Assembly: GCA_002269645.1 (NCBI GenBank)
Contig: NIVC01001283.1
Coordinates: forward strand, 186,001-250,000
Origin: Macrostomum lignano
Lineage: Eukaryota
Direction of reading: 5' to 3'
DNA length: 64,000 nt
This document shows, in pieces, positions 1-14,200 of this stretch. Within the stretch, counting starts at the first letter, position 1, and each line of letters opens with the position of its first letter. The position numbers were made by a program, and so were the translations under genes. Below the pieces are notes generated by a model. That model did no database searches. It worked only from the letters and a program-made list of their open reading frames with translations, and was not told the DNA's origin.

Positions 1-259
1 GATGGCTGCGCTGTTTCTAGTTTAAATTAGTTATATATTAAATAGGATTAGTTACTAGCTTACTTATTGTCTGTAGTGCGCTGTAATTCGCTATAGTGTT
101 TAGTGTGCCTTTGTTCTAGTTTAGTTTAGTTTTCTGTTGCTAACTGTAGTTTAACTGTAGTTACCTGTAGTTTACTTTAGCGTACTGTAGAAACTCAAGA
201 CTGCTGTTGCCTGTCACTTGCCTAATGCTTCGCTACCCCCCCCCGCCCCCGCTCGCCAG

Positions 260-365
260 AGAGGACGAGCTGATGACGCAGCCGCCGCCCGCTCACGGCA
301 AAGGCAAGCGGCGAGGCCACCGGCAGGCCATGGAGAGCCAGGCGGCCAAGTACAGACAGCCGTGA
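260..365 (+). CDS. Putative terminal coding exon of a gene that starts upstream of the window (EDELMTQPPPAHGKGKRRGHRQAMESQAAKYRQP*)
   Basis: C-rich tract ending CGCCAG at 258-259, then 35 strongly GC3-biased codons to TGA at 363-365, then AT-rich sequence. No protein family recognised. Confidence 0.35.
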
Positions 366-644
366 TTGCAGCTTTAAACTCGCTGGCACACGCGATTGCT
401 GTATAGCATAAATTAACTAACAAACAACTGTACTCGCCTACTCTGTTGTCTCTTCGCAACTCGTTTTGTTAGCTTTGTAAATTCTGCTCGCTGTTTTTTA
501 AGCTTTTTCTGCTTTAAATGCTCTTCTTTCGTCTAAATTTCCTTCTCTACCTCATTATATCGCTTTCTCTTTTCAAATTTGCCTTGGGAGCCTCATTCTG
601 TTCCGCATTTCACCTCTCGTCTTATCATTCACAGTGAATTCAGT

Positions 645-1613
645 GGGCAGCTCCTGACTCTCCACAGTCCCTCAGTGGGCAGCTCCTGACTCTCCACAGT
701 CTCTCAGTGGACAGCTCCTGACTCTCCCCGCAGTCCCTCAGTGGGCAGCTCCTGATTCCCCGCAGTCTCTCAGTTGGCAGCTCCTGACTCTCCCCGCAGT
801 CCCTCAATGGGCAGCTCCTGATTCCCCGCAGTCTCTCAGTGGGCAGCTCCTGACTCTCCCCGCAGTCCCTCAGTGGACAGCTCCTGACTCCCGCAATCCC
901 TCAGTGGGCAGCTCCTGACTCTCCCCGCAGTCCCTCAGTGGGCAGCTCCTGACTCTCCCCACAGTCCTTCAGTGGGCAGCTCCTGACTCCCCACAGTCCC
1001 TCAGTGGGCAGCTCCTGACTCCCCGCAGTCCCTCAGTGGGCAGCTCCTGACTCCCCGCAATCCCTCAGTGGGCAGCTCCTGACTCCCCGCAGTCCCTCAG
1101 TGGGCAGCTCCTGACTCCCCGCAGTCCCTCAGTGGGCAGCTCCTGACTCCCGCAATCCCTCAGTGGGCAGCTCCTGACTCTCCCCACAGTCCTTCAGTGG
1201 GCAGCTCCTGACTCCCCGCAGTCCCTCAGTGGGCAGCTCCTGACTCCCCGCAGTCCCTCAGTGGGCAGCTCCTGACTCCCCCAGTCCTCAGTGGGCAGCT
1301 CCTGACTCCCGCAAGTCCCTCAGTGGGCAGCTCCTGACTCCCCAGTCCTCAGTGGGCAGCTCCTGACTCCCCACAGTCCCTCAGTGGGCAGCTCCTGACT
1401 CCCCGCAGTCCCTCAGTGGGCAGCTCCTGACTCCCCGCAGTCCCTCAGTGGGCAGCTCCTGACTCCCCGCAGTCCCTCAGTGGGCAGCTCCTGACTCCCC
1501 GCAGTCCCTCAGTGGGCAGCTCCTGACTCCCCGCAGTCCCTCAGTGGGCAGCTCCTGACTCTCCACAGTCCCTCAGTGGGCAGCTCCTGACTCCCCGCAA
1601 TCCCTCAGTGGGC
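645..1613. repeat. Minisatellite, ~31-33 bp unit CAGTCCCTCAGTGGGCAGCTCCTGACTCCCCG
   Basis: About 30 tandem copies visible directly. Confidence 0.95.
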
Positions 1614-2453
1614 TGACTCTAAAAGTGCTAATATTGAAGCAAAGCTCGCAGTAATGGATATAAGCATATTGGTTCCACTGTTCTAATCAGGTATTGGCTA
1701 GCCGATATTCAGAATAGAGTTAAGCGCTAAACAAAGCAAGTCTCTAGGGCTTAACCCACTGACTGACACTTGGGGCTGGAGTGGCGGGTGGGTATTAAAT
1801 CCAACTGGCTCCTCCCACTGATCGATAGTTTTGTTTTAAATAAAAGGCTCCCAACTGCAACCCTGTCTCGGACTAACTACCCGTATGAAAGTCTATATGA
1901 TTTATGCCATTGTTCTTAGCATTTTCTAGTTCCCGTTCTCTCCCGCTGCCTGAATTCCGGCAGCCCCCTCTCTTCTCTCGCTCTGTTAATCTACGCTCTC
2001 TGTTTAGTATACAAGCATAACTGAATTCTTAAATTCAACTTTTTTATATTACAATTCATTGGGGTTCTCAAATTTCATCTGGGTCTCCAATATTGCAATG
2101 TTGTTATAAATATATTGCCGTTAATTTATTATTAAATTTGTATGTAAATATGTATTCCATTTTTTACATTGGTGCTTATAGCATTACCTGCTGTACACAT
2201 TTAGAGTTTGGACACCTGCTCCCTTCGCATGCCTGTTACATTAGATTAATTTATGTACTTTACTTGCTCCACTGACTACAGGTTTAGAGTAGATTCTGTG
2301 ATTTAATTAATTAATTTACAAAAAATAAGTGTTGATGCTTCATCTGATTTCTCAACCTTTAGAAGGCGGACATTGGGAATGGAATGCTTGATCGATGAAA
2401 ACCTGTGCAATTTCCCAGTAATTCCCTTCAGTTGCCTTCCTTTTTCTATCTAA

Positions 2454-3199
2454 ATGGCACTTCACACATCTGAAATGTCACTTCTCTGTGTCGAAATGGT
2501 ACTTCACACATCTGAAATGGCACTTCTCTGTCGAAATGGCACTTCACACATCTGAAATGGCACTTCTCTGTCGAAATGGCACTTCACACATCTGAAATGG
2601 CACTTCTCTGTCGAAATGGCACTTCACACATCTAAAATGGCACTTCTCTGTGTCGAAATGGCACTTCTCACATCTGAAATGGCATTTCTGTGTCGAAATG
2701 GCATTTCTGTGTCGAAATGGCATTTCTGTGTCGAAATGGCATTTCTGTGTCGAAATGGCACTTCTCTGTATCGAAATGGCACTTCTCTGTGTCGAAATGG
2801 CACTTCTCACATCTCTGGCACTTCTCTGTGTCGAAATGGCACTTCTCACATCTCTGGCACTTCTCGCATCTCTGGCACTTCTCTGTGTCAAAGTGGCACT
2901 TCTCGCATCTGAAATGGCACTTCACACATCTGAAATGGCACTTCTCTGTCGAAATGGCACTTCACACATCTAAAATGGCACTTCTCTGTGTCGAAATGGC
3001 ACTTCTCACATCTGAAATGGCATTTCTGTGTCGAAATGGCATTTCTGTGTCGAAATGGCACTTCTCTGTATCGAAATGGCACTTCTCTGTGTCGAAATGG
3101 CACTTCTCACATCTCTGGCACTTCTCTGCGTCGAAATGGCACTTCTCACATCTCTGGCACTTCTCGCATCTCTGGCACTTCTCTGTGTCGAAGTGGCAC
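2454..3199. repeat. Composite minisatellite built from GAAATGGCACT / TCTCTGTGTC / TCACACATCT blocks
   Basis: Tandem modular units with a higher-order duplicated block; the overlapping ORFs are artefacts. Confidence 0.95.
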
Positions 3200-4497
3200 T
3201 CGAATTTTCATCATTGGCCCGCTCCGCAAGATTCCCACTGACCCCTGCCCTACCCATGCCAAAAGTGATCATCGATCGGTTTAGAAGAGTTAAGAAACAA
3301 AATTTAAAATCAAACTATAATTTTAATTAATGGTTACGTGCATATCAGCGCCAAATCGATATTGATTGTCATGTCAGTGTCAGACTTACACTCTTACTGA
3401 GTTTCACTGCAGATTTTTCGCGTACAGACTCTTTGATTTTGCTTTGTTGTTGCGTTGTTTTTTTTGCTATCGTGATGTCCAATCTTAATATAATAATCTA
3501 TCTTTTCGCACCTGCTTTTCTGCCTCTGTGTCTTGATCAATAAACCTTCGAATTTAATTTCTCAAAAAGTGTTAAACGTTTACACAATTATTGAGTTTAG
3601 TTGAGCTCTTACTGGAATGAAATTTTTACAGCTCTATTGAAATTGAGTTGTATACGGGAACTTGTTCAAATGAACTCATCATTAAATGGATTCTGGAATT
3701 GTAACTTGCTGAACACATTAATTATTTTTTCTGATCAGCTTCTCTATCATAAGAAGCGCTGCTCCAACAGCACAGCGCTGTTGTGCGTTATTTTTTATTG
3801 TCCGCGATCGTCACGACTAATGCGTCTCACAGCTTACAATCCCATTCTGTGCATGCCGCTTTTACACTGTCTTTGTACCTAATCAAGCAGTGTTATCTGG
3901 CTAATAACTTGTGTGTGCAAATAATCTCTTACCCTCCTTCATTGATTCTGAACTTTTATACGGATTTATTAACTAGCTGTTTATTCACGATTAATAACTA
4001 TGTACATCATAATAAGCAATTATGTTATCAATGATTTCCTGTGTCAGATAACTGTGAATTTAAATAGAACATGCAAAATAATGTGTGTGCAACAAATAAT
4101 TTTCCATCGAGATGTGTTAACTGTTTCACTTTTGGTTATTTTATTGATTAGCAGGTGAAAGATGGAGGTAAAGCGAGGTGGGCATAACTTCCAGTAATTA
4201 CGGTTCAATTACGATTCAAAGTTTTTAATAAAATACCTTATTAAGGCTTACGATGACAAACTATAGGGCACACTTAATCTGAGAAGCAAACTTATCTTTT
4301 AGTCGTTTTAATTGGGACAATTGAGATAATTATAATTGAGATAATTGTCCATCCTGTCCATCCTGCGCTATAAGTTCTGAAAAGCCTCATAACTAAGATT
4401 AGACTACAGATAAAGATAAGGCCGCAATTACATTTATTGCACCTCTGAAGATAGATAAGTAAAAAAATGCTTGATTGAAGTAGCTAATCAGCCTCGA

Positions 4498-4780
4498 TCA
4501 GGTCTTATGAACTTTGCTAGCAGAAAATCTGCTAGTGGCGATTGTGCTCATGCTCACCGAAATTAGGCATATTTTGCTTAATAACATATAGCTCAAATAG
4601 ATCACCTGTAGATGAAAGGGTGAAAGCGCAACACTCTCGGTCCCCAGGCATGCACGAAACAAAAACTGGAACTCTAGCCTGGAAATTTGTGACTTCTTGG
4701 AAATCCGGATCCCCTTACAAACAGGTAGATCGAGCACAGGTAGAGCTCGTAGATTGGTGGAGGGGGTCATGAGACGAGAC
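4498..4780 (-). mobile_element. Possible decayed LINE reverse-transcriptase fragment
   Basis: Translation TNLRALPVL...QFLFRACLGTESVAL...ICLISVSMS resembles the non-LTR RT motifs NYRPISLLPVL, QFGFRxGxSTE and FLDLSKAFD. No YADD found. Confidence 0.4.
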
Positions 4781-5634
4781 GACCATTTAAATTTTATTAA
4801 TCTTAGTTTGTACATTTTTGAAGCAATAGTGAGGTGGAAGGGAGGTGGGAAGTTGGGAACACGACATTAAAAGCTACGAGTAATATCTGTGGACGCTCTC
4901 GAGAAGTAATGCATAATTTTTTATGATTGAGGAACTCCAGAAACTAATTTCTCTAGTTAAAGAGCAGCACTTTTACTCAAAATGAGACGGAGGCCGATTG
5001 TCTAAACTGAAAAGTTGGGCAGTAGCGCATAAGTGAAGCCAAGATTCAGTGATAAAGAAAGAATGTTTGCTTGCAAGTTGCAATTAGCAGTTTTTCCAAA
5101 TCCAATCTGAAATTATTTTATTGACCTGTGTCTGTCTATTTTCGTGTTAATTTGCAATTATTGTCTTGCCAAAGGCAAAGCTAGTAACAAACGCGTGATT
5201 TTAAGGAGCGGGCGTAAAGAGACTGTTTAAACTTATAAGGAGTATTATATACTTTTATAATTAAAGTATATATATAATGGGCTCCCGAAGAAAGGACAGA
5301 ACAGAACCACATAGGAAAATTCCTATTGAGTCTTGGTAAAGTTTACGACACTTCTCGTTTGGGACTCGATCCGCGAAATAAAAAGGGGGCCGGGGCCTTA
5401 TTTCGTCTCCCCTCACTCAAGTCACCCACCCCGGCGCTCCGGGGGTCTAATCGATAAACTGGCCTCAACCCTAGCTTTTGGTTGGCTGTAGCCCACACCC
5501 ACCCCCTCCCTAAACTGGTCTGCTCACTACATTGGCCTGTAAGAAATCAACTGGGACCCCGAGGGAGCCACTACTATAACCTTGCAGTTTTCAACCTACC
5601 TTTTCTCTTCAGTGTGTAAGGACATGATTCCATC

Positions 5635-8600
5635 ATGAAGAAAATTGCTATTGTTGTTCTTGGTAAGCTTTAATTTTTTATTAATTCGCATTGTGCATGC
5701 GCATCAAACAGCACTGTTCATCACACTACAAGAAATTACAATTCTGACCACTCTAGTGTAGATAGTTATAGTCTCGAGACTTCAATCAAGCATTAAACAG
5801 CCCACACACACTGCACACACAAATTCAATACGATTACAACACACACACGATCTTGTGTTTCAATTTTCATGCGCTAAACTTTTCGTCTACTTTTTACCAA
5901 TCCAATTTGCCCTGCCTGCAAGGCAAGCTCGATTAGCCCTCAGTCGGTTCAGTTATTACAATAGTATTATTATTCTATTTGAATTCTAATATAATTATAT
6001 ACTTACTTAGTGTGTTTGCAAGAAAAACACAGTGTTTGTGTCAATTGTGTATTCGAGACGCGGAAATTAAGACAAGAGCACATTCACCTTGTCACACTTC
6101 ACTTTGTCTTAGATATAAGAAGATCGACTAAACAAAAGTCCAAACCATTGGCATTGACCGACTTGACTGCTCACGCACACAGCACACTAGACTCAATGGC
6201 AGGCCCGATTGGCGAATTTTTTAGTTTAAAAAAATGCTATAAAAATCACAATTTCAAGTCTTAGCAATTAAATAGTACATTTTTATAGAATATGCTTCGA
6301 TTGCGGCTAATTGAATTCATGTAATATCCATCCATGTACATGCACGCAGAGATGTCTCGATTTTGATCCAGCTTTTGACATGATTGCGCCATCGCCATAA
6401 TCAGTTTTTGATCAAAGTCGTGATATAACCGATTCCAAGTATATACTTGATCTCAAAGAATCTGAGCATTCACTTTGCCGGTATTTGCCTGCCTGCGTCT
6501 AGCACATAACCATCCAAAACTGAATTGCCAGGTGCTATCGTGTCGATCGATCTTGTTACCTATGTGGCTGAGCTTGTGAACACAAATTCCCCCTGATTGA
6601 GTATCGCTATTGTTGCGTATTTTTTTACCCGAATACGGTTGGGTATGTATGGTGTGGGTTTAGCTTTAGTTGCATACCCCATCACCCTTTACACAGGTCG
6701 ATATTAGATCCGCGGACCATATAAAAGCATTAGGGAGGCCCCCTTTGAGCAAGAAAATCTTCGCTACGGCTCCTGGTCTTCGGGCCTCAATTTTATATTT
6801 TGCCTTAGTTACTCCAGCAATCCGCCTCGATCAACTTTTCTGGCCTTCTAAAGCAGCAGTATATCATGTACGAGTATTATTTCTGGGGTAAGAATAAACT
6901 TCATTCAACTTTCTTGTGTGCACAAGCACACGTTCTAGAATTTGCTTATTAGCTGGCGAAGCATTGCGTATTATAAACAAATAGATAGTTACTCCTGCCG
7001 TTTACCTGTATATCATGATTATTAGACTTTTTGAGTTTGTGTTGCATTTAACTTTCACAAACCCAAAACCCACTGCTTTCAACTGCAGCAAGCCTATTGC
7101 TGCTGGCAACAGCAGCAGCCAGGCAGCCACATCTGGAAGGATGCAGACTCAGAATTACCGAGAATTCATCTTTTGTTAATTATTCAACCAACGCCGCTAT
7201 TGTTTGCAAAGTGAGGCGCTGCAGAGTCGGCAAGGAGGCCGTCCGCTGGTCAAAGGATGGAGCGCCGATCCAGTTCGGCTCGGATGGGTCTTCGATGGCG
7301 GTTGGCGAAGAAAACAGCTCGCATTTGTAAGTCTGTCACTTTCTGTGTCTGACTTTGGGATCTGAACTCGCCCCGGGATCTGGCCTTGGGATCTGAACTC
7401 GCCCCGGGATCTTACTTTGGGATCTGAACTCTCCCCGGGATCTTACTTTGGGATCTGAACTCGCTTCGGGATCTGGCCTTGGGATCTGAACTCGCTTCGG
7501 GATCTGGCTTTGGGATCTGAACTCGCTTCGGGATCTGGCCTTGGGATCTGAACTCGCCCCGAGGTCTGGCCTTGGGATCTGAACTCGGCCCGGGACCGGG
7601 ATCTGGCCTTGGGATCTGAACTCTCCCCGGGATCTGGCCTTGGGATCTGAACTCGCCCCGGGATCTGGCTTTGGGTTGGGATCTGAACTCGCCTCGGGAT
7701 CTGGCTTTGGGTTGGGATCTGAACTCGCCTCGGGATCTGAATGGGATTTGACCTTGCCCTTGGAGATCTGAACTTTCCCCAGGATCTGAATGAGGTCTTA
7801 TCTTCATTTGCCTCGGCAGTTTAGGAACAGAACTTGCCTATTTTTTATTTATGAAGTATTACTTATTAAAGGCGCCTTTCGCAGGCAATGAAATTTAAGC
7901 CTAAAGCTTGCAAATTAGTTTCCCTGATCCGTATTAAAAGCTATATTTGGAATTTTACCTGTGGACCCCCTGTCTCACCCTCCGCAGCTGGAGTCCATAT
8001 CTCGGGCTGAAGCAGAAAACTCGCAGCAAGAAGAGCGAGCTCATCATGTCTCTAGTAACACCTGAGCTGGCCGGCACCTACACCTGCAGCCTGTGCCAGC
8101 CCGGCCAGCCCCTCCGAGCCTGTCCCGTCCAGGCCAGCACCACCATCGCAGTGGACGGCATGTATCCCGCCACGCGGCGGCTGCTACCTGTCCATCCGCC
8201 TCTAATCAGGGAATTGTTGCGCCTGGCCAGCCCAGCTGAGATGAAGCAGAGCCCCGGCAGAGCCTACCTGTCTCGCAAAAGTGATTTCTATAACCAGCTC
8301 GGCTCTCTGAACGCTCCATCGAGGCTAAACTTCAGGCTGCTGGTCCTGAGGCCGTCCTCTGCAGCCACGCCGGCGGCACCCCCGAGTGTCCGCTGGCTGC
8401 AGGAGTCCAACGGGAGGCGCCGTCTGCATCCGCCAATCGAGCCGGTGGGCCCGAGTTCGATTCTACAGGTGCCCTGCCAGCCAGATGATCTGGGAGTGTT
8501 CAGCATCCCCAGGGAGCTGCAGAACCGTCTGGAGTGCTACAAATCAAGTGTGCAGATTCAAGTCACCAGGGACACGATTGGGATCTACAGGTGAGTCCAT

Positions 8601-11061
8601 TGTCCAGCCTCTTTAACTAATTCCTTCCTTGCATCGATAAGAATTGTATTTAGCAGTTTTCAGTAATCAGGTTGGCCTTAGCTTTAATTGTGTCATATCC
8701 TGTCCTGACTGTCCCCTGGTCCCTTGTCCTCTGGTCCTTTATCCCTTGTCCCCTTGTCCATTGTCCCCTGGTCCCTTGTCCCCTTGTCCCCTTGTCCCTT
8801 GTCCCCTGGTCCTTTGTCCCTTGTCCCCTGGTCCCTTGTCCCCTTGTCCCTTGTCCCCTGATCCCATGTTTCCTGGTGTCTTGTCACGTAGCCCCTTAGT
8901 AATCTGATCCCTTGTCCTCTGATCCTGTGCTGTGGTGTTCCCAGGTTCTTGTTCTCGGTCAACGCCTGCTTGTCTAGATTGTTAAATTGCTCCTATCTTC
9001 CAGTCACTTACTTTCGTCTAGACCAGGCGCGCAAATATCAACTACTATGAGCTGGGGTTTATAACTATGCTCTGCCCAAATCCTGCCTCGTCTTCAGCTG
9101 CAAAGTTCGGCTCAACGGCTCGCTGGCTTTTAAGACGCCGCCCTTTCGTGCCCTGTCAGTTCCCTCCGTGTTGGTCCCCTCCGCCCCGCGCGCCGTCGCC
9201 CCGTCCGCCAACGGGCCGGCAACGTCGCCTCCGCTGTCGACGAAGCCGCCTCGGCGCGTGTGGCCCCAGGAGCTGCGGATCCCGACAATCAGCTTCAGCA
9301 GCAACACCAGCAAGTGCGCCGGATCCAGCCTCACCCTGGTGTGCCGCATCAGGCCCAGCTTCGCCAAGATGCAAATCCGATTCCTGCCCGCTGCTGCTGA
9401 CTTCGATGCCAACGGTAACTGCTGCTGACTGAGTCTCTATCTAAGTACTTTTAGGCCAGGATCCCTTGCTATTCTCTTGTTAAGTGCCTGAGAATGTCCA
9501 TCAGATAAGGCCACGCCTTAGCAACTATGCGTCTATAGGGTTCTAATGGGATCCCGAATCTAACCCTGATCGAATCTCATCTCGGGATTCCACTTCCCAT
9601 TCTGAGTCTAATCTCGGGATCCCGATTCCCATTGAGTCTAATCTCAGGATCCCGATTCCCATCCTGAGTCTAATCTCAGGATCCCGATTCTCATTCTGAG
9701 TCTAATCTATCTCAGGATCCCGATTCCCATCCTGAGTCTAATCTCAGGATCCCGATTCCCATTCTGAGTCTAATCTCAGGATCCCAATTCCCATCCTGAG
9801 TCTAATCCCGGGATCCCGATTCCCTTGCTGAGTCTAATCCCGGGATCCCGATTCCCTTGCTGAGTCTAATCTCGGGATCCCGATTTTCATCTCTCAGCAT
9901 ATCATTGTCTCTCATAAATTCACGCAAAGCCGTAAGTCTTAGTCAAAAAGCCCAGGCCGCAAATCCTAAGACCGTTCCGTTGAAAATCCCATTCTCAATT
10001 CTCCCCACCCTGTCAGCCACTGTCCTGGGCAGCTACTCCCTGAACAGCAGCTCGGGCCTCTGGATCGGCTCCCGCTTCGTCATCGCCTCGGGCCGCAGTC
10101 AGGACGGCGTTCTCGAGGTGACGCTGGCCAACCTGACGGTGCTGAACTCTGGCTGGTACAGCTGCAGCGGCGAAGTGCTCGACAAGAAGTACGAGCGTTG
10201 GCCCGAGGCCAAGGGCATGCACCTGGATGTTGTGCCTCACTGCTTCCGGCAGGAGCGGGGTGAGCTGCTGCTGTCTCATGCTTTTGGTTGCTGCCAGCTG
10301 CCTTTTTGTGTTTTCGTCAGACGTCAGTCAGTCTGTCTGTCATCGCACCCGAATCCTGAACTATTTAGGCTCTGCTACTGGCACTGAAATTTCCAGAATT
10401 ATGCAGACTTGTTGATCGTCAATAAAATTTATTTTTTGTTTTCTTTGAACTTGTGTCGCATGTCTTTCATCTTGTCTCTCCTAGAGGCAGCAATAAGCCT
10501 TGACTTCTATTGATATTACCCTGCGCTCACCTTTTCTGCTTATCGTGGTCATTTATCGTGCCATTGCTGCTTTGCACTGACCAGGCCCTTGGTTCCACAG
10601 TTCAAACTGGAAGGAACCGAAAGACTACAAGAACAGTTGCCTTATCTGTCTCTTTGGCTGTCTTTTATTCTGTCAAACAGCTCGTTGGGAGGTACTGAGC
10701 ACAGTTTTGTTGGTGAACTCAACTAGGACTCGGGTTTAGTGCTCGTGTGTGTTTTGTGTGCCTTGTTTGCTCCGCTGAAATTGGTTCAACGCGATAGTGT
10801 GCTCTTTACTGAATGGGGCGGGGGTTCGCTCCATGATCTAGGGTCGCACGGCAACAAAGGTTCTAATACATAAATCTTTATTATACTTGAAGAATTGCTG
10901 AGATAAAAAGTGTGCAAGTCTTTATTGACGTACATCATAAAATCACTGCGGGTTGTTTCGATGCCAGAGAAAAATCAAGGAAACTTTATAGGACTGTAGT
11001 TGGTTACCGGCTATATGGGGCGTCAGACAGACAGACAGACGCTGACAGACAGACAGACACT

Positions 11062-11105
<44 letters not shown>

Positions 11106-11112
11106 CTGACAG

Positions 11113-11151
<39 letters not shown>

Positions 11152-11158
11152 CTGACAG

Positions 11159-11219
<61 letters not shown>

Positions 11220-14200
11220 ACAGACTGAGCTGAGAAGAGACAGTTTGTGTCTCTTCTCTCTTCTCGAATATCCTGTCCTCTTCTCTCTCCTATTTCATCT
11301 CCTCTCCTCTCTTATCCTCTCTTCTCTATTCCATCTATCTTCCCCCCCCCCCTCACCCGCAGTCCAACTGCTTGCTCTTACATAAATACCTAGGCGGAAG
11401 CGCTTACTGTTGGGCCTACCCGCATTGCTTCCCGCAGGTTTCCAGCTTCACAGCATCGCCTACACGGCCATTGGGGTCGGCGCCGCACTGCTGGTGTCCC
11501 TGGTCGTCTCCACCCTGCTCTACCTGTACTACCTGCAAAAGCGCCGCTCTGCGCCCCTGGTCAAACGTCTGCGCATCGTGAACATGGACAATGGCGAGCT
11601 GTACCAGCGCAACCGGACGGAGAATTCCGACTCTCCGCTTCTTGGCCAGAGCAGCTACTACAGGCAGGAGTCTCTGGACAGGCCCGGCTGGAGTCTGACT
11701 GTACCAGAAGTAGTCGTGGAGCAGGTGGGTCCTAGGGGTCGCCGGTTGTTCAACCGGAGAGGCGGCAGCAGCAGAGGCAGCGGGGCTTCGGAGGCCAATC
11801 GGGAAGTTCGATACATTATTCCAGCCTGCCAGGTGTTCGAGCTCGATCGGAAACGGTGAGCTATTTATCTTTTTTGAAATCTAAATCTGGAATGAGTCTT
11901 GTTTTATTCAATTTTCAATATCTCCGATCCCCACCGCTAATCCCCCCGTCCTCAATCTGAAATTCCCACCGCTAATTTCCCGACTTCAATCTCAAATCCC
12001 CACCACTAATTCCCCGACCCCAATCTCAAATCCCCACTGCTAATTCCCCAACCCCAATCTCCGATCCCCACTGCTAATCCCCCGACCCTAATCTCTTACT
12101 AAATTAATAATTATAATCCGTCCTGCAGTATTCACGTGGTCCGCAAGATTGGTCAGGGCGCCTTCGGCACTGTGCACTCCGGCCAATACACCTTCTTTGG
12201 AACCAATATACACAACGTGGCGATTAAGATGCTCAAGCGTGAGTCTACTCGAGTCTGCTGTGTTGCACTGGCTAGCCTGAGTCAGTCTGTAGAGCTCACG
12301 GGGTGGGAATGTGTTGGCCACCAGGACTCAACAATAACATCTCCTACCATCCCCGATTCCCGCAAAGAATTCCTGAGGCCCACAAGCCCGCCAGACAGAG
12401 CCAGCATCTGCCTGCCTGTCTGTCTGGCGCTCTGAATGCTTTTACTTGGGACAGACGCGAGACGCGGCCCTATTATGGAGTCTGGGTGGCTTCACCTTTT
12501 TGGGTGCTCCACCCACCCCTACAGCCACTTCCTCAACTTCCTCAGTTCCCAGTCCACCCATCATTGAGCTGGTTAGGAGCCCGTCTGCTTTTGGGTGCAG
12601 GCTTCACCACCTGGACTGGCAGAAATCTAGAATTATGCCTGGGGTTATTGTTATTGTATTATTCCCAAATTGTATTATTGGAGCTCAGCTAGCTCCGGCT
12701 CAGAGCCGCACAGTTGAGGACTTGGGAAGGGCTAGATTTTTCTTGAGTAGTTTTTAGACAGTCCCTTTGTTACCAGTTTTTAGGCTTTGAGCCTGTTTTT
12801 TCAAATCAAATTATTCATTATTGGGCTATAGCAAACTTAGACCTGGGAATCAACTCAACAATTTGAGCACTTTGTGTGCTTATTGCTCGTACTCAGCTCA
12901 ATTGGTCAGCTGTTTTGGTGCCTGGGAGGGAAAAAAGGTGCCTGGCCCGTCCAGGGCAGTCTTTGTAGAGTCTGTGTTTGCACTCTAGCCTATTGATATT
13001 CAGCGACAAAGACTCGTAGGCAATTATTGACTCTGTAGTGAGCAATCGGTCAAGAAAAAATCACCTGGTCCCTGTCTGAGCGCACCGGTGTAGCTTGCTA
13101 ATTATTCCTTCGCCCCGTGTATCAAAATCACTTTGCAGGCGACTACTCGGAAGAGGAGATGATTGCGCTGGTCAAGGAGATAGAGATCATGAAAATGATG
13201 AAGTCGAACCCGCATCCGAACATTATTAAACTGGTTGGCGTCTGCACCAAAGGAGGTGAGTGAATGGTTTGCACGATATGGGACTACGAGACTAGGGACT
13301 CGATATGGGACTACGAGACCCTTGGACTCGGTATGGGACTACGAGACCCTTGGACTCGGTATGGGACTACGAGACCCTTGGGACTCGATATGGGACTGCG
13401 AGACTTAGGACTCGATATGGGACTGCGAGACTCTTGGGACTCGATATGGGACTACGAGACTAGGGACTCGATATGGGACTACGAGACTAGGGACTCGATA
13501 TGGGACTGCGAGACTCTTGGGACTCTATATGGGACTACGAGACCCTTGGACTCTGTATGGGACTCGATATGGGACTACGAGACCCTTGGGACTCGATATG
13601 GGACTGCGAGACTAGGGACTCGATATGGGACTACGAGACGAGACTCTTGGGACTCGATATGGGACTACGAGACCCTTGGGACTCGATATGGGACTACGAG
13701 ACTAAGGACTCGATATGGGACTCGATATGGGACTACGAGACCCTTGGGACTCGATATGGGACTACGAGACTAAGGACTCGATATGGGACTACGAGACGAG
13801 ACTCTTGGGACTCGATATGGGACTACGAGACGAGACTCTTGGGACTCGATATGGGACTACGAGACGAGACTCTTGGGACTCGATATGGGACTACGAGACC
13901 CTTGGACTCGGTATGGGACTACGAGACCCTTGGGACTCGATATGGGACTACGAGACCCTTAGGACTCGATATGGGATTACGAGACTCTTGGGACTCGATA
14001 TGGGAATACGATACCCTTGGGACTCGATATGGGACTACGAGACCCTTGGGACTCGATATGGGAATACGATACCCTTGGGACTCGATATGGGACTACGAGA
14101 CTAGGGACTCGATATGGGACTACGAGACGAGACTCTTGGGACTCGATATGGGACTACGAGACGAGACTCTTGGGACTCGATATGGGACTACGAGACCCTT

